64,000 nt of DNA from positions 1,364,001-1,428,000 of the forward strand of contig NW_026515671.1 of assembly GCF_025526975.1 (NCBI RefSeq), read 5' to 3'. Below the pieces are notes generated by a model that searched no databases, was not told the origin of the DNA, and was given only the letters and a program-made list of their open reading frames with translations. A program made the translations under genes and the position numbers. The stretch comes from Fimicolochytrium jonesii (lineage: Eukaryota). Numbering within the stretch: position 1 is the first letter of the stretch; every line of letters starts with the position of its first letter. Below, piece by piece: positions 28,001 through 38,386 of the stretch.

Positions 28001-29421
28001 CTTTCCATGCCCGATACTTGCCGTCCGATGTCGGGGTTGAATGTCATCGGTTTACCAAGCAAGATGGAACATGCTGTCAGCAAAACAATTCGAGAATCGA
28101 CTCCTACGGCGACAGCATCATTCTTCGGTTTATTTTCCACAACCTCCTCCTTTAAGTCTCGGACCTCTAAGTCGTTCTCGGTCGGAGTAGGTATCACGAA
28201 GTCAGTGCAGACGCGGGACGGGAATCGAATCAACTTTTGCAGCAACGACCGAAGAGCCGATGGCGCATAGCCTGCCAATGCCTGGCCCACGGTCTGAACG
28301 AGACTACGGACTTGATATGCATCGAGGCTACGCGCACGCTTATCGTCCAATGTAAGCCACAGCGGTATAATGTGCGACTCGGTGAGACCCTCAAGGGTCA
28401 GTGTGGCGGGAGCTCCCACAGGCACACGAAACGCCACTGGCGCTCCATCTGCTGGAAGACCTTCAAGTAGATAGAGCTGGGTCTGCGGAACCACGTTGCT
28501 GCCACCATCGAATGAAAAAGTGCCTGCGGCTATGTCGATCGTTCGACCGCCAAATGCACCGACAACTTGCGCATCAGTGGAGATCTTCCACCATGATTTG
28601 ATGAAAAAGAGCGTATGCCGGCCAGATTCCGTGGTACTGTTAGACTCGGTATTGGCAGGAATCATGCGCGCAATGTCTACGGCCTGCCATTCCCGTGGCT
28701 GCGGCTCCATGAGCTTCTCCACGTCTTCAGCGCTGACCTTGGTCCCAAGAACGCTAGTCCCCAATCCAAGGACCTGAAAGCGTAACTGATCAAGCTCCTC
28801 ATCGTCCTCGCTTCCCATACGCTCTTTGCTCAACTCATTCGCCTCCAACCAGGCAGCGCGACCCGCTTCACTCATACCACTGAAGAAGTCGAGCGTACCC
28901 AGCTGGCGCAAGAAGGCGCGCCACAAGGCCGGTTCAGCACGCACTTGGTCGAGTTTGCGCTTCATTGGAAGGATTTGGGCTCGGCAAACTCGTAACAAGG
29001 CGCCTTTCGTTACCGGGTTGGTTCCTTCCAGGACATCACCCGCGCGGGCACCGGTATAGCACACCCGCATAAGTTCCAGGACTTTCACCGATGATACAAA
29101 CGTAGGTTCTGGTTCGTGTAAAGGCTCGGAATGGGCAGTAGGGGTTGGTGCCGGGAGGGCTTGGGCCGACTTCGCCCGTTTCCGCGGTGTCGCGGCCGTT
29201 CTACGAGGCTTCGGCCGGACATACTGCTTTTGCTCATCAGCCCCGGTATCAGACTCATCCGACGAAGGATCTGACACCACTTTGCGCTTTCTTTTGGTGA
29301 CTTTTACTTGTCGATCGACCTGTTGGGTGTCCATTTCCTCGCTATCATCACTAAGGTCGGATGGCTCCCGATAACTTGAAGTGCCTTTCGTTGCACTCCG
29401 CCGTTGTGACCGTCTAGACAT
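25036..29421 (-). CDS. Large intronless protein (about 1461 aa) with a C-terminal superfamily 2 (DEAH) helicase module and an unassigned N-terminal and central region
   Basis: Single uninterrupted ORF. Q-like 'PWLHQTEAL', Walker A 'SPMGSGKT', Walker B 'LVMDEAH', motif III 'ALSGTP', motif V-like 'TKRRSTGYTL', motif VI 'QLDGRLNRLSQ'. Acidic and basic NLS-rich N-terminus. Confidence 0.88.
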   Translation of the reverse strand: MSRRSQRRSATKGTSSYREPSDLSDDSEEMDTQQVDRQVKVTKRKRKVVSDPSSDESDTGADEQKQYVRPKPRRTAATPRKRAKSAQALPAPTPTAHSEPLHEPEPTFVSSVKVLELMRVCYTGARAGDVLEGTNPVTKGALLRVCRAQILPMKRKLDQVRAEPALWRAFLRQLGTLDFFSGMSEAGRAAWLEANELSKERMGSEDDEELDQLRFQVLGLGTSVLGTKVSAEDVEKLMEPQPREWQAVDIARMIPANTESNSTTESGRHTLFFIKSWWKISTDAQVVGAFGGRTIDIAAGTFSFDGGSNVVPQTQLYLLEGLPADGAPVAFRVPVGAPATLTLEGLTESHIIPLWLTLDDKRARSLDAYQVRSLVQTVGQALAGYAPSALRSLLQKLIRFPSRVCTDFVIPTPTENDLEVRDLKEEVVENKPKNDAVAVGVDSRIVLLTACSILLGKPMTFNPDIGRQVSGMESFLKRLAVILFEDSSFDDDGATVLSLLAGAMMTQRVRSWRPTSDLLMQWFRAALTAYASPLCFRYDIPAGEAMPAWTLGAGTTKLQASSALLDTLRSFSGDLAMVRYIASEVDARTLRFTIRGHCESGASSWNSKLASGWHGFESLPIYHHCDQHAFPNIGYYYSVGVVERECKRASPGQPYAPLFKRLFEQVTGANPRRTILEEASFNDDPFVRETRLAQRRLVLSAFSPLGPMRPEVPNISHDFTFELDQSWLPGLVGAIELKGRAKNARKGTQARPALLVTLCCDDPSELMVIRKPARGLKADEAALSDEIESEAVEEARQLLSAGVPLKATRAPSTNFKGCTAMWDAERNDYWIVSQSGRGARRVLWQEARRLKLQVPVHPSVPYTMEGALLSQGPGIQEGAMEALKELVAKAPSLAVLSRVLYYLETYDHDVRLNRIARNGNGMEYQVNINDTAAFRWLLRFSLLFPGALRPAARHLAAFIVPNGPLIWYAVAHLRTLVLDRRLGELKDTRKQHPATAAARGVVADWKPDTWAAPFAPWLHQTEALNDMIGKLNAGRRGHYLHSPMGSGKTLIVSMYLQHLAVNGLLPEHVIWSLPPPAVDSVAQELKSFGFAVHWMMPTKNNKSKALPDGVVRQTDVKNLARFAITIVLHDDLKRMADELRQASDDLFLVMDEAHMALDETQRTTIAREIAKLSLGFVALSGTPTKDNRIYKLIPWISLVVPFAVNERNFWAACNSLVSQIVDTGVHVRTHEIEAPWSSPEEEHRYRSLVPEKYGGVNNYSSRQDASRAATLCYDACTREMARLAVELLYGKLEFGNDAKWRGGVFLVANDEVHQEELTKLVIRVSRGRAKTSAAASKTNARDLADADIFCITGRASIHMSDTAVNDKKVRDYPVVITTKRRSTGYTLSRLKVSITSVYPSNLATRLQLDGRLNRLSQLAKELDYYTVHAGILSYILHNHQHAASIDKAFKDMGVYIAGPTI

Positions 29422-30379
29422 CAAGGCCGCTTCTTTTGCGGGAACTACGAAGAGCTACCCAGTGTGTCGTCGAGTGGAAGTCGCTGCCGGGAGCACTCAC
29501 AAAAGATCTGACACGGTGTACTGCATATGCATCCAACCCTCCCGCACCCTGACTTTCTCGTCGTTCCAACGCACAGCTGACTTAAACTGCTCTATGACGG
29601 ATGAAGTATCTTCTGCCACTACGCCGAACCTGCCGAACCGATATCAGGCTGGGCACCGCGACTTTCGGTATGCATACAGTACGAAAGGGCCCGGAGACTG
29701 TCGACGCTTCAAACTTGCCTGTTTGGCAGACCGACTAGAGACGTCAGTCGACGTGGCAGCAGCGTCCACAGTCTAGCCCGTGCCTATATATATGCGGGCC
29801 CGTATGTATCAGACTGTGAAGTGCTTGAGCTGTCCCACATACGGTTTTAACTGCTGCTCCACAATTGTGTTGGAAGTCGAGAAGCGTGAAAGAGCCTAAG
29901 CGCCGCGCTGTCGATTGGTAGACAATTGCGCTGTTGGTCGTCCTCCTCCCTCAGCTCTCCCTCCCTTCTTTCTCCCTTTGCTTCCCAGGCTATATATATA
30001 CCACTAGCGCATCGTTTAGCGTTTCCAGCTTCTCGCCTACATACCTACATCTTAGGAAATCTATAGCTTGGAGGCGCTTGTTCCGCCACCGCTGGAATTC
30101 AAGGTAAGCGGAGAATCACGGGCTTCTGCTGGTAGTTTTCGTGGGGACTGCGGTGTGATGATCGCAAACTTTGAGAAGGTTTCTGATTTGGCTCGACTCC
30201 TTGCTCTCGGGCAAGTTGGTAGTCGCCGAACAAGATTGCACGTAATAATAGAACAGAGATCTGATCCGTACTCCTGGTCACTTAGCTGAGCCAATGCCTT
30301 TTCCCTGGCCTTTTACTGAACTCGCCCACACGTTTTGTTCTTCTTTAGAAGACTTACCACTACTGGGTCTTGCGCGAGA

Positions 30380-31949
30380 ATGACTCGCGGTTCAGCTTCC
30401 TGGACCTCTATTTCAGGGGCGAAGAAGACCAAAAAGCCGGTTAACCCAGAATGGATCCGCGCTACAAAAATGCCGGACTTTCTACCACCCGATCCTGCTC
30501 CGGAGGTCTGCGGCGGGTGTCATGAGCTGTTGGATCGGGAGCGCTACTCTAGGTAAGAACTCCAACGCTTTTCTCTTTTTTTTTGTTGGTGGGTAGCCGT
30601 CTTCCCGTGTATTTCCCTCTTTCCATGTCCTTTGCACAGCTCCCAGTTGAAGTGGAAGGAGAAGCGGAGATGCAAGAAATGCATTGCAGAATACGTGGGA
30701 TCTTGGGCTGAGTTTGAATGTACCTTACGCCAGCAGGAGGAACAGGCTCAGGCCGAACGAAAGGAACGGGCTGCACAACGGTTACGGGCAGCTCAAGGAC
30801 GGCAGCAGCCACTTCTTCAAACACAAGGGCAGGCTGGACCTTCTGGATCTACTACACGTGCGCCATCTGAGCAGCCTCTTCGAACTGAGCGTGTTTTCCC
30901 GAATCAGAGGTCGGTGGAGCAACCACGCAACGCAATACCTGTTGCTCTACCTGCATGGACGCCGAAGAACCAGGATCGCATTGCTGCCAATTCTACTGAA
31001 ACGCGCGCTCAAAGTCCGCGCTTCGCACAATCTGCTTCGGGAGTCGCTCGCAAACCAACGCCTCCTGTCCCGACCAGGGGAGCGACCCCCGATGTGAATA
31101 ACAGGTCAAATGGAGGCTCGGCCAGGCGGGAACCTCAGATCGCTGTAACGCAAACCAACGCAATGGAATCTCAAAAGGCACCTGCGCCGAAAGGGTCGCA
31201 GCCGGTTAAGGATGCCGTCAAGGATGTCACCACCGCTCTTGCGAAACTGGAAGTGGCTGCCAAATCGGTGACACCACCATCAAAAGTCGCGACAGCGGCT
31301 GAGGTTCGACAGTTCACCACCTTATATTGTCAACGCACTCTCTTCACCGTTGATCCACTAATTTCTATGCAAAGTACGTCTATGCTGCACATCGATCTTT
31401 TCACTCTCGCTCAAGGGAGATGCCACGGCCCCTAACCACATTTCTTTCCCTAGAACGGAAGCTAGTGATGAACGCAGCCGAGCAAAGCGGGGTCGGCATT
31501 CTCGCCCGCATTGGATCAAAGCCTTTTATCGTTATCGAAGGAACGGCGGAGGACACCTGCAAGTTCGTGATGTCGATTCCGGTCAGCATCACACATTTGC
31601 AAACCATTTCATGCATGAAAGCTTATGGGGAGTTCCCTACAGAACTTGAAACCGCGTTCACTGGAACGCGAGAACTTTCAGGCGGCAACACCGAATGGTT
31701 GGCGAAGACTGGTCGACTACAGTGGCATGGAAGAGAGTTCGAACGACATGTCGGAGGAGAAGCCTTTACATCTGGAAATCCGCACAACGGACGAGTTGAT
31801 CGACCGGTAAAGTAGCTGTATCAACCTGGTTGAATCCTCTGCCTCCTCCATGTCACACACGATCTCCCCCTCAATTCAGGATGAAGAGCTTCGGTGTACA
31901 CCACCTCTACGAAAGCTACATCAAGAAGAAGGAACTATTTGGAAGCTAA
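30380..31949 (+). CDS. Protein with an N-terminal Stc1-like C4 zinc finger, a low-complexity linker and a C-terminal alpha/beta domain (weakly RWDD2/3 C-terminal-like); multi-exon
   Basis: Splicing intron 30553-30639 gives 'CGGCHELLDRERYSSSQLKWKEKRRCKKC'. Later exon 'ERKLVMNAAEQSGVGILARIGSKPFIVIEGTAEDTCKFV'. The 3' end is uncertain. Confidence 0.6.
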
Positions 31950-32800
31950 GTGCGACATTAGGAAACGGCGTAGTCTAAATAAGTAGCAGTTGCGCCATAG
32001 CAAGTGATGATGGGCCACTCTCTCTCATAAGCTCAGAAACGATGAAGGGGTTACCTAGATAGGAACAAGAGAAACACAAAAAATGATACGAAAAAGTTGA
32101 CGGCCTGTGGTCGGGATGGAACCAGGACTCAAGAGGAGGGCGAGGAAGGAGGGGCTGGTGTTGGCGAACACTTCCGACCTGCTTGTATATAAGACTTGAA
32201 CAAATCACGGTCATCTCCACGGAAGTATCGGAAGTTTTTGTTGGAGCATGTAGATATCTCCACCGATCCTCATTCCCGCACAACGGCGCACATTAATTTC
32301 TCACACCCCTCGTAAACCCGGCCCAAAGGAGCATTACGCGGAAGTTCTCGCTCGCCAATAGCACTGAGGTCGTTGCCAGAGGTCGTTGCCAAATCCAGCG
32401 ACATTCCATTCTGGACGCGTGCATTTCACAGATGGCGGGAAGCAAAGAACCGCCGGACAGAAAAACTACCCGTTTCCGAGTACATGGCCAGACATTCGAC
32501 ATGAATCTCGTCAAAAGCTCGTGACTTCCTATTCACAGATAAGATGTGACTGACCCGGTCCACGTCCCTGGGCGGAGTGTCTTGTTCCTCTGAGAGGCAA
32601 AGATCCGCGCCCTCCGCGATTGATAAAATATGGAAATCTCGCCCGCGTACAAGGCGTTCTGCCCCACGAATATGCTCGCGCGCTGCATATATAAACGGCC
32701 TTTCCTCCCATGGGGAAAGGCCTTCACATCCTACATACCCCACATACACCGCACATATCCTCGTCCATCGCCACCTCGATATATTCAGTGTCGCAAAATA

Positions 32801-33630
32801 ATGATTTCCGCAACTTGCCCGCCCGCGAAAGTCAGTGCTAAACCTGTACCTGCGTCCGGTCCGCCGCGGCCGATCTTTTGCTATGGGACGTTGATGGCGC
32901 CGCAGGTTTATGGGACTGTGGTAAGCTTTTAGGATGCGTCAGCGCGGGATTCGACTTGAGACCAGTTGTTGATGATACCTCTCGTTCTGTATAGATGGGA
33001 AAGCCACAGCCTATTGGGAGGAGCGCTGTTCTGAAGGTAAGGGTCCATCGGACGTTCTGATGCATGGTATGGCGAACATTTTGACTCACGATATTCGGTT
33101 ATTGCAGGGTTTCCGACGAGTGAAAGTCATTGATGCAACATACCCGGCCATGTTTCGCGTCGATCACCCATCGGCAGAAGTCCGAGGAGTCCTCGTACCT
33201 GTAGAATCGCACGACGATCTGCGGTTGCTGGATGCTTTTGAGACTGATGTGAGTAGTAGCCGGTAAATGCATCTTCTTCCTTGTCGGGTCCTAATCCATG
33301 GCATTGGCATAGGACTACGAACGCACGACCGTCACGGTCACCATAACGAACGACAACGGCCAAGAAGTGAAAACCGAAGCGGACACATACTTATGGGCCG
33401 CCCCCGAGAGCCTCCTCCTACCAGACGAGCCATGGTCCTACGAGGACTTCCTCCGTGACCGGATGGACGAGTGGATGAGCAACGAGGAGGTGTTCTATGG
33501 AAACACCGGCACGCCGCCCATCTCCGTTGACCATCCCCACGGCGAGCATATAGTCCTTGCGGCGAAGGAGTTGGATCGGATACGCCAGGAACGGAAAGCC
33601 GCTGCCGACTCTTCTTCGGGTAGACATTAG
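32801..33630 (+). CDS. Gamma-glutamylcyclotransferase / AIG2-like protein, multi-exon
   Basis: 'PIFCYGTLMAPQV', 'GFRRVKVIDATYPAM', 'VRGVLV...DLRLLDAFE', 'EADTYLWA...EPWSYEDF'. TATATAAA at about 32687. Confidence 0.88.
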
Positions 33631-33763
33631 ATCTCATAGAACGGGCTGGGGTTCCTGGCCAAAATGGTAGTGGTATTATTACGAGCTTATTACTTGATAT
33701 GTACATATGAAATGATGGAAAAACGGGACTCCTTCGGATTCTTTAAGAATCGAGTTTCCAGAT

Positions 33764-35313
33764 CTACGCCTTCAATCCGGGCTTGAGGAGTACCTTGATG
33801 ACGTTGTCCGTCTTGTCGTTGAATGTCCGGAACCCTTCTGGTGCTTGCTCGAGCGGCAGGCGGTGGGTGATGATGAAGGTGGGGTCGACGCCGCACTTGA
33901 GGCCTTCACGGAACCGGCGGAGAAGGTCTTTCCAGTACTTTTGGGTTAGGACTTGGCCGCCGCGGACGGTGATGTGCTGAGGGAGAGGAAAGAGGAAGGT
34001 ATTAAGATAAGCAATTGTCCGAAGCAGCCAGTTAGCAACTTAATCTCACCTTCTCCATCATGGCGCCGATTGGGAAGTGGTTGGCATATCCGAAGTAGTC
34101 CCCCATGATGGTGACGTGGCCGCCCTTCTTCACGAGGGTGATGGCCTCAACAACGGTGTCGATGGCGTCGGTCTCGAGCTTTAGAGTGGTTTCAATGGCG
34201 TGCAACCAGCTCTTGGCGTAGCGGAAGCCAGCCACCTCAATAGCCTACATCACCATACAAGAACGTGTGAGCGAGCGAACCTCTGAGTAGGTCACATCTA
34301 AATAGATGAGCGAGACACGGTATACTTACGCAGTCCACACCGCCGGGGCACAACTTCTGCACCTCCTGGATCACGTTAACCTCCTTGAAGTTCAACGTAG
34401 TGATGCCCAAAACCTTCTGCGCGGTCTCCAGCCTGTGGGGGACGTAGTCGATACCAATGATCGTCTTGGCGCCACGCTCCTTCGCCCACATGGCGGTCAA
34501 GAGACCGACGGGGCCCAATCCCCAGATGGCGACAGTGTCGCCTTCCTTCAGCTCGCTCAACTCGTTCGCGTGCCACGATGTGCAGGCGATGTCGGAGAGG
34601 AGAACGGCGGCGTCGTCGGAGATGTCTTCGGGGAGGAGGAGGAGGTTGTGGTCGGCGAAGGGCACTCGGAGGTATTCCGCTTGACCGCCCCAGTACCCGC
34701 CAGTCAGGTGCGTATAACCGTAAGCTCCGCAGAGACGAGCACCGTAGAGTTTGTCCATAGCGCCACTAGGGTTGGTTGTATCACAGCAAGACCAGAGCCC
34801 CTTTTTGCAGAACTCGCATTCACCGCATCCGATGGGTCCGGCGACACAGACTCGCTGGCCGACTTGGAACTTGGTGACCTGATCACCGACAGATTCGATG
34901 ATGCCGACCATCTCGTGACCGAGAATGTCGCCCTTGGCCATGCCGGGGTTCATGGCGCCGGTGTACATGTGGAGATCTACAAGTCGCGAAGAGGCAGAAA
35001 TGATCAGAATGATTCCGCACAGGCACCGCAAATGAATGAGTGCACACATCGCCTACTCACCACTTCCACAGATAGCAGCCGTGGTAATCTTGACGATAAC
35101 ATCGCGCTGGTCGGTGACCAGAGGCTTTGGCACATCAACCATCTTCATCGTTTTCGACGTTTGGAAAGCACATGCGCGCATGGTCTCCGTCTCGGACTTC
35201 TTGGATGCGATGGGAGTGGATGTGGGCAGGAGGCCGCCAACACGGTCCGCGAGGGACTTGTTGCCTTCCATGTGCTCGACGTTGGCCGCGGACGTTTCGA
35301 CTGAGGGTGCCAT
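33764..35313 (-). CDS. Zinc-dependent alcohol dehydrogenase (formaldehyde dehydrogenase-like MDR), multi-exon
   Basis: 'KITTAAICGS/DLHMY', 'ILGHE', structural Zn 'CGECEFCKKGLWSCC', 'GGQAEYLRVPFAD', 'AIWGLGPVG', C-terminal 'VIKVLLKPGLKA*'. Confidence 0.93.
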
Positions 35314-36830
35314 TATGATTTGTTGGTTGATGAAGTGGGATGAAGAGGTAGAGGTAATTCACTTTCAATTTGGGTATGACTCTGAAGTTCAGGATCGCTG
35401 GACAGTTCAAGATGTTTGTGAGTTCAGGTTCGAGGAGCTGCTACCCTCTTTTATACACATTTCTCGCAACCATTCCGGCGTAGCCATCACTGTCCACAGC
35501 GTCACCGCCGTCGACGACCGGCGCCGGGCGCAAGGTGGACGGCGGCGGCGGCTGTCATCAAAAGGCCGCAAGCTCATGTCAACCTTAAATTTCTTGGGAA
35601 TCCGCTCTCGGAAAAAGCCTGGAGGAGCGCCTGTGGCTTGCAGGCGATGTCCGAGAAGAGCCCTTTCGTCACACTCGCGCGAGCACGCGTCAAAAAGTTG
35701 TCAAGGTTCTGTCTGCTTGTGACGTCTTCGCGTTTGCCCTCACAAAAACTCGCTTGCTCATCAACGAAGGAGCTTGGAAAGTATACTGTACATCGGTACT
35801 ATGACCCGGTATTCCAGAGCTGGTGCTGAGAACAATTTCAGGCTTGATACTGGACTCAAGCCGAGTTGTCTGCATTACGAGATGCACCTTCGAGCGCAGT
35901 CACTTCGACTATTCCACGCCAACAATGTCCAGGACGAGCCATCCGCAAGCCATTGACAAATCCCAGGTGCCCTTCCGTATCTTCACCCTCAAGCACGGCG
36001 GAGATAGTCATATCGAGGATTTTTGCACAAAGATGACCGCGGGTTTGAGAGCATGTTAAGGTGTAGCTGGAAAGCGTTTGAGCAAAGAATCTAATAAACC
36101 CGCTGCGGAGCTCACGTGATGTAACCATTTATTGGTTTTTGTTGCTTCTCTGACGTCACGATTGCCACAACTTCCGACATGTTCCCGTTCAACTTCTCGA
36201 AACTCTAGGCTTTGGGAGCCACCTCCTTCTCCTGTGCGGTGAAGTTTTATGCTCTTTCGGTCGCCGCTTGGAGCCTACCTACGTAATAGCCGTTGCAACT
36301 GTTCGGCAAGGCGGACAACTCCAACCACCCGTGAGAACCTTTTAGAATGTCAACCGCCCGTCAAAAATGAGCTGGAGATGCCATCCATTTGTCAGGTTAG
36401 ATATAGAGGTACTCTGCAGACTTCGCACTACCGTTGTGCGTTCGCATGAGGCCTGAGGGGGGGTCAAAACATATGGGGCTTGCCTGCTCCGCGGCTTCCA
36501 AGCGTCCGAGTTCCAAGCGCTGTGGTTACGCAGCGGAGACGCAGTGGGGGAACGCGAGGCTTACGCGGAGACTGCCGGAAGGTCACTCGCAACCTCCTCG
36601 GAGCTCATAGCCTCCCCACCTGGCTTCTCAGCAAAGACAGGGCCTCGGAACAACCTCTCATACATAGATGGAGGGAACAGTAAAGGCAGGATACTAGACG
36701 TTTTGTAAACTACCTTATTACAGCGGCGCGCCCTGCACCAGGATCTTGCCATTTCAGACTTCTCGACGATTCCCCGGCCGACAGCATTGGTAGACGAACA
36801 CAAGGATAGGGCGAATTCAGCGACCTGAAC

Positions 36831-37982
36831 ATGTCCAACTTACTGAGACCAGCAACGCCTACGCAGGCGGAAAGGAGGGCGGTGTCCGCTCCTAGCTCTC
36901 CCACGAGCCCTGTAGCAAGTCCAGCACTTTCCCACGCTTCGACCGACCCGAAGGTGGGCCTTCGGCGGAGTCATTCCCATGGCGGCAAGTCGAGAAACGA
37001 AAGCATTTCCACCCGATCCAACTCCTCTCTGGCACCACCATCGAGTATCGCAGACTCCGCAGTAGACCTCTCAGGAAGTTCTGGGCACTATCGTCGCCGT
37101 CGCTCGTTCCGCCTTGTGGAGAAGATAACTCAGAAACTGAAAGAGAAGTTTTCCCACCACCCAGCGGACCCAACTGTCGAGCCGGAACATGCAGAACGAG
37201 ATCCGGAAACAGGTCGACGTCTTTTCCATTTCGGCCATCACCGTACTCGCTCGCATACACCCGATATCAGTGCCGGAAAACTGCGTAGAAGGAGCGCAGA
37301 TGCCCTCGGAGCCCGAAACAGCAGGGGCATCCTTCTCCCTGATGCCCTACCCGTCGCGTCCCCGTCCACCACCTCAATTTCAACTTACATGCCCCCATCA
37401 TCGTACGAAAGCGACAGGTCCTCAAAGCGACCCGTATTAGGCCGGCGGCGAAGTTCAGCGGGGATCATTACCATCCCGTCCACGGAATCGTTCCCATCAG
37501 GAATGGAAGCGTCGTATCACAACAACGGGTCGACCGTGGATATGATGGAGCTTATCGAGTCCTATGGTCGTCCGCCATCCACTTTGTTCCTCCTGCCTCC
37601 GCCCCCGCACCGTGATCAACAGGTCCCCACCGAACTTCAAGAGAGTCCGCTTGCACAGAGTGCTTCGGAAGAGGAAGAGGACGACGACGTTGTTGGTCCC
37701 CTCTCCTCTCGCTTCCAAAAAGTCAGTCTGCACAATAGACCTGCCCAACCACTGATGACCCCTTTGGTCACATCGGAAATCAACCCGTTCGACTGTCGCT
37801 TCCAAAAAGTCAGCTTGCACGATAAGCCTGCCCAACCACTCATGACCCCGCTGGTCACATCGGACATCAACCCGTTCGACAGCACGTTGTCGGTGAATCG
37901 AATCGTGGAGAGGAGCCCCAGTTCCATCGTGAACTTTGACCAACTGGTCTTTGATGCGGGAAAACCACTAGCTTCCCACTAG
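36831..37982 (+). CDS. Hypothetical Ser/Arg/Pro-rich, probably disordered protein (383 aa) with a duplicated 29-aa C-terminal segment
   Basis: Intronless ATG-initiated ORF with many RRxS motifs; no domain recognised. Confidence 0.7.
   Translation: MSNLLRPATPTQAERRAVSAPSSPTSPVASPALSHASTDPKVGLRRSHSHGGKSRNESISTRSNSSLAPPSSIADSAVDLSGSSGHYRRRRSFRLVEKITQKLKEKFSHHPADPTVEPEHAERDPETGRRLFHFGHHRTRSHTPDISAGKLRRRSADALGARNSRGILLPDALPVASPSTTSISTYMPPSSYESDRSSKRPVLGRRRSSAGIITIPSTESFPSGMEASYHNNGSTVDMMELIESYGRPPSTLFLLPPPPHRDQQVPTELQESPLAQSASEEEEDDDVVGPLSSRFQKVSLHNRPAQPLMTPLVTSEINPFDCRFQKVSLHDKPAQPLMTPLVTSDINPFDSTLSVNRIVERSPSSIVNFDQLVFDAGKPLASH
37710..37883 (+). repeat. 87-bp tandem duplication (2 copies) inside the CDS
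   Basis: Copies start at 37710 and 37797 and encode RFQKVSLH(N/D)(R/K)PAQPLMTPLVTS(E/D)INPFD. Confidence 0.95.
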
Positions 37983-38386
37983 ATGATGGACATGGCTTTA
38001 GACATGGACACTACCAATATAGAAGTCTTGGGGCTCACCCAACGGCGTACAATTTTTTCTCTTCAGCCTCTCTGATGTAAACCTCTCAGACATTTTCATT
38101 CCCATACATTTGGCGTAAGGAAAGTCTCGGCGTGTGCTTAGACCGATATTTCTCTGTACATATTCATTTCTCTGCAAATAGACCTTCAATACCACAACTC
38201 CATATGAATCGTACACACCGATCCACCATAGCAAATTAGAATGGACAATGTTCATGTCCATATACACATCTCAAAGACATCCCAAAGATATCGGGTCATT
38301 ATCAGCATTAGGGGTATATATCGAAGAGATGATTTTCTTTCAAAACTCGAATGTTCCTGTGCCCCACCCGGCACGGCTCGAAGATA

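Noticed and set aside
25036..29421. Helicase as a Helitron, Starship or Polinton core gene
   Set aside because: It is SF2 (DEAH) rather than Pif1/SF1. No HUH Rep, tyrosine recombinase, integrase, polymerase or capsid gene and no terminal repeats were seen nearby.
29772..29808. GC-rich palindrome next to CTAG resembling a Helitron 3' end
   Set aside because: Hairpin-to-CTAG spacing is atypical, the flanking base is not T, and there is no Rep/Pif1 gene. It encloses a TATATATA that is better explained as a promoter element.
30308..30318. GCCTTTTAC matching the U5 snRNA loop 1
   Set aside because: The flanks do not form the U5 stem, and it lies in a pyrimidine-rich leader or intron-like region.
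34306..35304. 332-aa plus-strand ORF (and similar ORFs 17662..18531, 50020..50736, 14072..14992, 14101..14901)
   Set aside because: These are antisense or alternative-frame shadows of real GC3-rich genes with no protein motifs.
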